This document shows positions 57,291 through 64,000 of a DNA stretch of 64,000 bases, in pieces. Both the position numbers and the translations under genes were made by a program. The notes below the pieces were generated by a model. It was not told the origin of the DNA and did no database searches. It saw only the letters and a program-made list of their open reading frames with translations. Source of the DNA: a virus (Duplodnaviria; Caudoviricetes); IMG/VR virus record IMGVR_UViG_2654587994_000003, positions 1 through 64,000 of that record; one strand, given 5' to 3'. How positions within the stretch are numbered: position 1 is the first letter of the stretch; each line of letters starts with the position of its first letter.

Positions 57291-57932
57291 ATGGATCGGC
57301 AAATTCTCTTTCACTGTCGCAGGTTAGCAAATATTGTTGGAGCGGGCCCAAAACGCATAGCGCTGGTCGGCAACGGCGAAAACGCTCGCGGATTTGGCTC
57401 CGAAATCGACTCTCACGATTTCGTGGTACGGATGAACCGCGCAATTCATTTCGGCGAAGCAGGCACAAAGACAGATGCTTTAGCAGTCATTAATTGGAGC
57501 GGGCCCGGTCGATGGATGACCAACGGAGAAACCCCCATCAACGCCGAAGCTTTAAGGGCGGCTAAATCGATCTGGCTACCAATGCCTCCTGAGGATATGG
57601 AATCCGTGAAAAATGACCAACCAGGCACCTTTGAGTGGCCGACGTACGTCGACTTCACGTCAGAGGTGATAGATAATCTGGTTGACGGACGTCCCTATAT
57701 TAAGTTCCCACCGAATATTTGGCGGTCTCTAACAAAAGAACTTCGCGGCTTAGGGGCGGCCAAGACGCAGGCCTCCAGCACTGGAGCACTCGTGCTGGCT
57801 TACTTGGTTAGGGTTTGGCCTAGATCAAAAGTCACGCTTTATGGCTTCACTCACGAGGGGTGGGATGGGCATCCTTGGGAGCAAGAGAAGGCGTGGATCC
57901 GGAATCTGGATCGAGTCCCGTATAAGCCATAG
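57291..57932 (+). CDS. GT29 (sialyltransferase-like) glycosyltransferase (moron)
   Basis: IALVGNG..G.EIDSHDFVVRMN (motif L), SSTG..LYGF (motif S), HPWEQE (motif VS). Confidence 0.75.
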   Translation: MDRQILFHCRRLANIVGAGPKRIALVGNGENARGFGSEIDSHDFVVRMNRAIHFGEAGTKTDALAVINWSGPGRWMTNGETPINAEALRAAKSIWLPMPPEDMESVKNDQPGTFEWPTYVDFTSEVIDNLVDGRPYIKFPPNIWRSLTKELRGLGAAKTQASSTGALVLAYLVRVWPRSKVTLYGFTHEGWDGHPWEQEKAWIRNLDRVPYKP

Positions 57933-58406
57933 CTACAGTATGATTGGCCAAGCGATGGGAGCAATCTCGTCAAGGAACTTCTCGACGGTCGGCTGCGCGC
58001 GCTGGCCCGCCTGCACTTTGGCCAACTCGCCGTAGGAGTACCGCCAAACATTATCGCGCCATGCGACGAAAGCCATAGCCTCTGCCGCCCACCTTGGAAT
58101 TGTTGACCCGATGTAGGAGGCGAGCGTCACGCCGTCGCGGAACTGCTTCTCACGCGCAGTCTCATCGACAAGGTTCTGGATGGCGTTTTCGTAGTCGGTG
58201 ATGGTGGGTGGCGCGGCGGTCGACTCGACCACGACAACCTCCCCATCCACGTAACGACGACTACCGGAATTTTCCAGAAATTCGAGGTGCTGCCCTTCTG
58301 TGATAACAACTGCGTCCGTTGGGATGACTGCTTCTGGATCGCTGCATGCCGCCGTAACCCAGAAGCCGAGCGGAAACCCCAACTCATCGAATTTTGCATA
58401 GATCAT
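57933..58406 (-). CDS. Tail fibre assembly / chaperone protein
   Basis: Follows tail fibre; IPTDAVVIT, WAAEA.AFVAWRD.VW. Confidence 0.78.
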   Translation of the reverse strand: MIYAKFDELGFPLGFWVTAACSDPEAVIPTDAVVITEGQHLEFLENSGSRRYVDGEVVVVESTAAPPTITDYENAIQNLVDETAREKQFRDGVTLASYIGSTIPRWAAEAMAFVAWRDNVWRYSYGELAKVQAGQRAQPTVEKFLDEIAPIAWPIIL

Positions 58407-59923
58407 GGCGCCAGTCCTATTGCTATCCAGTCGACTCTGGCCGCTCCAGACCCGAACGCGGCACCAGTAGACCCAATCTTGCAGGAAACTATTACCCCGG
58501 TTGCCTGAGGCCAGGGGCTTGTTCTGTATTGAGATAAAACAAGATTACCTCCAGCCGTTGCACTTTCCCCATTCCAGCAAACAAAGTTGTAAGACGATGA
58601 TGAGGAAAACGCGGTTGGAAACGTAACGATTCCATTTCCTGCGCCATCGGTTGTTATTACGGTCGTTCCCCACTGCATCAACCGGCCGTTCGGCAGCTTT
58701 GTCCAGCCTGTGCCTGATGTCGCCCCCATGGTTGCAAACATCGTCGCGCCATCAGCGTCATCGAGCAGCGAGCGCGCCAATGCCGTGAGATCGGTCAACG
58801 ATGCTGCACCAGCTCCTGTGAAATACGGAAGCTTGTTGGCGGCGGGCGTCAAAGCATGAAGAGCAGCAATCGCACCGGTGATAGCCTTGATGAGCTTCCC
58901 AGTGGTCGTGTCGAACGCCACAGGGAAATTGTCGACCGCACTTGACGGCCCGACAACATCACCCGTGCCCGACCCATCCGTGCCTTTGCGCGCCAGCAGA
59001 CGCCAGTAGGCATTACTCTCGGTCGGCAAGGTCGGAGGCGCATTGCCCGTGGTCGGCTGGAGCGCAATCCACGTGGAGCCGTTATTGAGAACGATATCAT
59101 TCGCAGCATAAGCCGTCGCAGCACTGTACGCGCCGCGATCCACCACGCCCTGAGTGCCGGAGCGAGCGAACAGCAGCCATTGTGTGTTCTCGGTTGTCGG
59201 AATCGTCGGCGGCGCGTTGCCCGTCGTGGCAACCTTGGCGATCCACGTCGATCCGCCATACTGCACGATATCGCGGATAGCGTAGGCCGTGCCTGCGCTA
59301 TAGTTGCCGCGCTGATTAACGCCAGCAGGACCGACAGGACCAGTGATATAGGACGGCGCACTCCAGTCACCCGACGTGGCCGAGTTCTTGAAATAGAGCG
59401 CAGACCGGCCGTCTCCAATGTCGATAACGAGAACGGAGAAGCCAGCGGCAGCGCCGTTGTATGCCGCCCTGCCCGCAAGGTTCGCCACCCAAGCATCATA
59501 CTGAACGCCCTGAACCAGAGCCGCCTTGTTGATCGTGCCAAACACACCCGGTCCAATGCCAATCGGAATATCATCGGTGCCAACCGAGATTTCAGACAGG
59601 CTGTCGAGGTTGCCATTCGACAACGAAGCCAGCAGCCGGCGCATGGCCTCGACTGCGGCAATCGTTGGCGAGGTCAGTTCGACCTTGTAAGGCGCGTCCG
59701 TCTGCGCAGGACCGGGCCAATCATCAGCAAGCAACAGTTCCGTATCGCTGATGATCTGCTCGATAACGATCGGGCGGCCGACATGAATGCCAAACTTGTC
59801 TCCAACCTTGATCGGCGTCAGACCAGCAACTTCCGTCAGCCAGCCCGTATCCGTGCCGGTGACAGTGCGAGAGCCGACAGCAACGGTAGCCGTACCGTCG
59901 CCGTACCATGTGGTGTTAGCCAT
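58403..59923 (-). CDS. Tail fibre
   Basis: GTATV..VTGTDTGW N-domain, two Y..GT.Y..DIV repeats, AANKLPYFTG, GWTKLPNGRLMQWG tip. Confidence 0.88.
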   Translation of the reverse strand: MANTTWYGDGTATVAVGSRTVTGTDTGWLTEVAGLTPIKVGDKFGIHVGRPIVIEQIISDTELLLADDWPGPAQTDAPYKVELTSPTIAAVEAMRRLLASLSNGNLDSLSEISVGTDDIPIGIGPGVFGTINKAALVQGVQYDAWVANLAGRAAYNGAAAGFSVLVIDIGDGRSALYFKNSATSGDWSAPSYITGPVGPAGVNQRGNYSAGTAYAIRDIVQYGGSTWIAKVATTGNAPPTIPTTENTQWLLFARSGTQGVVDRGAYSAATAYAANDIVLNNGSTWIALQPTTGNAPPTLPTESNAYWRLLARKGTDGSGTGDVVGPSSAVDNFPVAFDTTTGKLIKAITGAIAALHALTPAANKLPYFTGAGAASLTDLTALARSLLDDADGATMFATMGATSGTGWTKLPNGRLMQWGTTVITTDGAGNGIVTFPTAFSSSSSYNFVCWNGESATAGGNLVLSQYRTSPWPQATGVIVSCKIGSTGAAFGSGAARVDWIAIGLAP

Positions 59924-60141
59924 TATTCGGACGCTCCGTTACCGGTGTCGACGGCGTCGCGCGCCAGGCGCAGATCGGCTTCAAGGCCGTTGATCTTGTC
60001 GAGGAGGGTTTTGTTTTCCTGCTTCTGCATTACGAGATGCTGAGCGAGCAGCAAGGTCCGCTGCTTCAGGAATTCTTCGCGCACTTCTGCTTCCTGCAGG
60101 GCGACGAGGGCGTCGACCTGCATCTGATTGCCGGTTGTCAT
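59923..60141 (-). CDS. Small coiled-coil tail protein
   Basis: Coupled between tail tip and tail fibre genes. Confidence 0.7.
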   Translation of the reverse strand: MTTGNQMQVDALVALQEAEVREEFLKQRTLLLAQHLVMQKQENKTLLDKINGLEADLRLARDAVDTGNGASE

Positions 60142-60143
60142 GA

Positions 60144-63011
60144 TTACCTCTTGAGGACCATTGCAATGATCTTGTTCGACTTGAACTTTAGGGACGATCC
60201 ACCCTGAAGCTGAAGCCTGTAGGTGGTCTGCGTTCGGCCAGAAGGAGGGTTATGTACAGCCATCCAACTGACAGGGCTCGACCCACCGCTTCCCTGCAGC
60301 GCCTCAAGGCCAGCGTTGCCTGTTTGGTCGCGAATGACGAACGACCACACTCTCGGCGTTCCACCGACATCGTCCAGCACATAGCTCTGACCAGTGACAA
60401 GTATCCTTGGGGAGCCTGCGCCATGGTTTATGGTTACATCGAGGTTGTAAAAGCTGGATCCATCGGACGTGATGTCACCCATCGTTGCGGTCTCGACGAC
60501 TGTGATCGCCCCTGGATCGATATTCGATGTGCCAACGGTCAGTGTGCCGATATAGGCCTCGGAGATGTTGACGTTTCCAAGCTCGCTCGAAAATGCCGAG
60601 AGCTTGTTCGCCCTGATATCGTTGGCGTAAAGCACACCGCCTTGTACGGTGAAGGGCTGCTTGATCACACTGCCGTCGTCGCTCGCTACAACAAACTGGC
60701 CAGCCTGAACAATGACGCGTGTTGGCAGAGCCGGATTGGCAGGAACATCAAGCAGCAACGATGCCGCGCGATATGCCCCATCATTGACTGCGGCCGTAAC
60801 GCCGTACCGAGCTGCATATCCTGATGGAGCCGCGATGGCAGCCCATGCCACATTGACGAAGGCTGAGCTGCCACCTAGCGCCGCCGTCAGTGTTTCGACC
60901 TTGCCTGCAACGGCCATGGTCTCATTCACGGCAAGTTGGATCTCTTCCTTGTATTCAGCGCGGGCCTCGCCGAGTTCGACAGACAGTTCTCTGGCAAGTT
61001 TGCGCGTGTCTTTGTACGCGACCGTTGCCAATTCCATCTGGGCGGCGATGAGGCCGTCGATGGCATCCTGTGCAGTTCGGGTGCTGTTGCGCAGCCAGCC
61101 CAGCGCCTCTTCAATGCCGGTCAGATCGATGTCAACAAACACATCCTTGTCAGAAAGCAGGATGTTCGGCGTGATGACGGGAATAAACCCAGACCACAAC
61201 ACCGGCCTGTCGCCGCCAGGAATGTATCGCCCACGGACGACGTAGCTTTCGGCCGGAAGGAGGCTTTGCGAGATAAGCATCGAGCCGACCTGCGGCTGGT
61301 CTGTGCGGCCTTCGGAGACCTTCTCCAGCGTGGCCTGTAGTCTCACCTCGTATTCGATGCCGATCACGTCATCGAGGCGCCCATCGCTGTTATCCCAGGT
61401 CAGCCGAATAGCGGGTCGGCGATCTTCACCAGAACTGTCTTTGACCGTGGCCGGCTCTGCGAACCAATCGACAATAGGCTGTGGCGTCGGGCGAATGACG
61501 CCAAGCTGACCGTCAACGGGCGGCTTGAACTCGGTATCGCTGCTCCAGTCGTAATCGGACGGGTCAACCTCAGTGATGTCTATCATCACATCGAGATTGG
61601 CGCGATCGGCAACGCCGTCGATCCGCATCAGCTTGGCGATGTAGCCGTTGCGCTCTGACGTCCACGAAAACACCGTTCCCGGTGTTGCGTAGGCCCAGAA
61701 CTTCGGCGGCAGGACAATAGTATGTCTGCGGAAGCGTCGAGCCTCCTCAAGCGCCGATTTCATCAAGCGCTGAACCTGCTCCGGATAGGGAACGAAGTTC
61801 AGGTCGACGTCGGCCATCAGGCGGCGGTTGCCGTCGATCGCTTCAAGGTCCGTCCGATAGAGCGGCGGTGCGGTTTTGGCGACCCAGCCATCTGACGGCG
61901 AAGGATAGTTTGCCGAAACCCCGTTGATGGTGTCCGCCAGCCCGAGGAATGGCGTGAACTCCTGCTCTTCCGTCGACAGGATATCATCGTCGGTGAAGGC
62001 AATAACGGGAGCGTCAGGTGCACCGGAGTGCAGATAGTAGACGCCACCGACTTCCGAAATCCTGCCTTGGCAAGCCGTCAGCAATGCTTCAACTGCGGAG
62101 GTCAGTGGCGCATCAACCTGAATTTCACCGCCGCTGCGGTAGGTGTTTACCCAGCCGGTCGACTCCAGTGTGCCGGCGCGATGCTTCTCGATCTGCGCAA
62201 TCCACGCTGCGGCAGGCAGGCGTGAAGAGGACAGGTTCTGGAGACCATAGAACCACTGACCGTTATAGGTGATGCCGCGCAGCAGATTGTATATCTGCAC
62301 CGCCGGCAAGAAGTCACCGTCGCCGCCCCAGGTCGAGGGATCGACCCAGCGATGACCGCCAACTCCGCCAACCGTGCTGTCTCGCGACGGGTCGTAAAGC
62401 CGCATGCCCTCAAGCACGAACTTGAAGGACGGCACGCCGGAGAACATGTTCTTCGAAACGCGAGCCGTGACGATCGCATAAGCAACGCCGCGCCCGATGC
62501 GATCCGGGTTCCACCACCTGTTGCCGTTCGAAACCGACGTGAACAGGAAGCTGTCAGCGGTCGTCTGCGTGCCGTCATAGAACTTGATCCAGAGGCTGTC
62601 CGGATACTCGTTGACCGCATAGCCGCGATCAGTCAGACCGCCGAGCGTCACGAGCTCGCCATTGACCCAAACCTCGGCAAGACCGCGAACGGGCAAATCC
62701 GACAGCGCGATAACCTGCGTCAGGTATGCGTTGGGAGTGTCGCCGTCCTGCCCCCAGGTGTTGACGAACACGAGGGAGCCAGCGGTAGCAGTGCGACCCA
62801 TGACGAAGGAGCGCGGAACATCGCCGCCGCCCTGCAGTGTGCCGTTAATCGAGAACGTCGGATCTTTGGGCTCGCCAGCGAGAGATTGCGCGAGAAGGCT
62901 GAGGCCAACGCCGACGGCGGTCTTCAGCAGGAACGCGCCTACTGCGCCAAGGCCGCCAATAAAACTCGATATCCCACCGATGATCGCAGTGGCGAGTGAA
63001 AAGATTGCCAT
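60144..63011 (-). CDS. Tail tip / host-specificity protein (lambda J-like)
   Basis: PRSFVMGRTATAG, LYDPSRD, QPFTVQGG. Confidence 0.85.
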   Translation of the reverse strand: MAIFSLATAIIGGISSFIGGLGAVGAFLLKTAVGVGLSLLAQSLAGEPKDPTFSINGTLQGGGDVPRSFVMGRTATAGSLVFVNTWGQDGDTPNAYLTQVIALSDLPVRGLAEVWVNGELVTLGGLTDRGYAVNEYPDSLWIKFYDGTQTTADSFLFTSVSNGNRWWNPDRIGRGVAYAIVTARVSKNMFSGVPSFKFVLEGMRLYDPSRDSTVGGVGGHRWVDPSTWGGDGDFLPAVQIYNLLRGITYNGQWFYGLQNLSSSRLPAAAWIAQIEKHRAGTLESTGWVNTYRSGGEIQVDAPLTSAVEALLTACQGRISEVGGVYYLHSGAPDAPVIAFTDDDILSTEEQEFTPFLGLADTINGVSANYPSPSDGWVAKTAPPLYRTDLEAIDGNRRLMADVDLNFVPYPEQVQRLMKSALEEARRFRRHTIVLPPKFWAYATPGTVFSWTSERNGYIAKLMRIDGVADRANLDVMIDITEVDPSDYDWSSDTEFKPPVDGQLGVIRPTPQPIVDWFAEPATVKDSSGEDRRPAIRLTWDNSDGRLDDVIGIEYEVRLQATLEKVSEGRTDQPQVGSMLISQSLLPAESYVVRGRYIPGGDRPVLWSGFIPVITPNILLSDKDVFVDIDLTGIEEALGWLRNSTRTAQDAIDGLIAAQMELATVAYKDTRKLARELSVELGEARAEYKEEIQLAVNETMAVAGKVETLTAALGGSSAFVNVAWAAIAAPSGYAARYGVTAAVNDGAYRAASLLLDVPANPALPTRVIVQAGQFVVASDDGSVIKQPFTVQGGVLYANDIRANKLSAFSSELGNVNISEAYIGTLTVGTSNIDPGAITVVETATMGDITSDGSSFYNLDVTINHGAGSPRILVTGQSYVLDDVGGTPRVWSFVIRDQTGNAGLEALQGSGGSSPVSWMAVHNPPSGRTQTTYRLQLQGGSSLKFKSNKIIAMVLKR

Positions 63012-63069
63012 CGATTTTCCTTGGGATGCGCGATGCGCGCGGGGCGCGGATGGCGCCGAAGGAATGCCG

Positions 63070-63498
63070 CTAGAGCGGCTTCATGAAATGTGTTTCGACA
63101 GCGCTGTAGCCGCGCCGCTCGTAAAGGCTGGAGACGTCGTTGGTCGCGAGCGAAGCCATGCCAGCGGAGACGCAGCCAACCGATCGCGCCCACGCTTCAT
63201 AAGCGTCGAGCATCCTGATCGCTCCCCGACCGCGTGCCGCTGGCGACACGAACCAGACCGTTTCCTTGGCAATGCGACCAGCGCCGAATGGGTGCTCGAA
63301 AGCACAGGCCATTAGGACGCCCTGCGCGGGCTTGCCAGCAACAAGAACGCAGGACGCTGGCGACGCCAGATGCTGCTGGAATAGCCGATCGGCGTAGGCT
63401 GCCTGGAATGGAAAGGTAAACCCGGCGGCTTCATGGCTCTCACGCAGGAGCGCCACAACACGGTCGCGGTCCTCAGCAATAGCGAAGCGGACGTCCAT
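63070..63498 (-). CDS. GNAT acetyltransferase in tail region
   Basis: WFVSPAARGRG..LYERRGY. Confidence 0.82.
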   Translation of the reverse strand: MDVRFAIAEDRDRVVALLRESHEAAGFTFPFQAAYADRLFQQHLASPASCVLVAGKPAQGVLMACAFEHPFGAGRIAKETVWFVSPAARGRGAIRMLDAYEAWARSVGCVSAGMASLATNDVSSLYERRGYSAVETHFMKPL

Positions 63499-64000
63499 CA
63501 CAGAGGGATCCAAGTTTTCATCCGTCTGATCATGCGAATGTTTGCTGACGTCACACCAAATCGGCGGGCCACATGCGGATTCGGTTCAGAAGACTCTCGG
63601 ATATCGTAAACATCATCCCAGGTCAGCTTTCGGAGGTGCGATCGTTCGCCCCTGTTATGAGTTCCATGGCACTCTCGGTCGCGCTGATTTTCGGCTGGAG
63701 TAGCCCAGCGCAAATTCTCGGGCGTATTGTTTGTAAAGTCCCCGTCATTGTGCGCGACCATACTCTTCTCAGGCGTCGGCTGCGGCCCATTAAACGCTGC
63801 GCAAACGAGCCTGTGGACATATCCCTTGAATGATCTACCCTCTGCTTGCATGCGGACCGTCGCGTACCCATCGCGATAATCAAACTTCATGATGGCACCG
63901 CGTCGGCGCACTGTCGTTGTCCGACCGTCGCCGTAATCTCGCGTTACCGTTCGATCTACGGAGCGAACACGCCCAAGGTTCGAAACCTCATAGAATCCTT
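63498..64000 (-). CDS. NUMOD4-HNH homing endonuclease (5' end outside window)
   Basis: Frame stays open to the edge: GFYEVSNLGRVRS; VHRLV..AF, HNDG..NN..ENLRWAT..EN. Confidence 0.9.
   Translation of the reverse strand, partial: GFYEVSNLGRVRSVDRTVTRDYGDGRTTTVRRRGAIMKFDYRDGYATVRMQAEGRSFKGYVHRLVCAAFNGPQPTPEKSMVAHNDGDFTNNTPENLRWATPAENQRDRECHGTHNRGERSHLRKLTWDDVYDIRESSEPNPHVARRFGVTSANIRMIRRMKTWIPL

Larger units (their letters stand above)
43652..64000. mobile_element. Prophage 2, siphovirus-like; continues beyond window
   Basis: Phage genes begin right after tRNA-Arg; IHF-like site and arm-type repeats; lysis, tail fibre, tail-tip and HNH genes on minus strand. Confidence 0.92.

Overview
Rhizobiaceae (Agrobacterium-like) chromosomal window holding two unrelated prophages separated by about 6.4 kb of core genes. 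Prophage 1 (<1..37188) is a nearly complete BPP-1/T7-type podovirus. It has a tyrosine integrase, xis, a CI/Cro switch, primase and helicase with a TGTCTAA-iteron origin, terminase, portal, capsid, tail tubes, internal proteins, a beta-helix tailspike, an antisense GT2 moron and lysis genes, and it ends in a duplicated 3' half of tRNA-Lys(TTT). The core segment carries peptidase M15, gloA, a cold-shock protein, DUF192, BON, DUF982, ceramide glucosyltransferase, tRNA-Pro(TGG), an ETC-I subunit and tRNA-Arg(TCT). Prophage 2 (43652..>64000) is siphovirus-like, with nucleotide-metabolism genes, a LexA-boxed SRAP operon, sigma-EcfG-type morons, an Omp25-like porin, a lysis cassette, a GT29-like gene, tail fibre, tail tip, GNAT and HNH. 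The most notable unannotated signals are: candidate C-rich-loop sRNAs between the tail fibre and endolysin genes; tmRNA-tag-like AANDN peptides hard-coded in three phage enzymes; a repeated CNACCAA-loop leader motif; five 15-bp-spacer late promoters; antisense morons nested in open sense frames; and a glycosyltransferase beside the receptor-binding protein in both phages. All product calls come from motif recognition by eye, not database searches.
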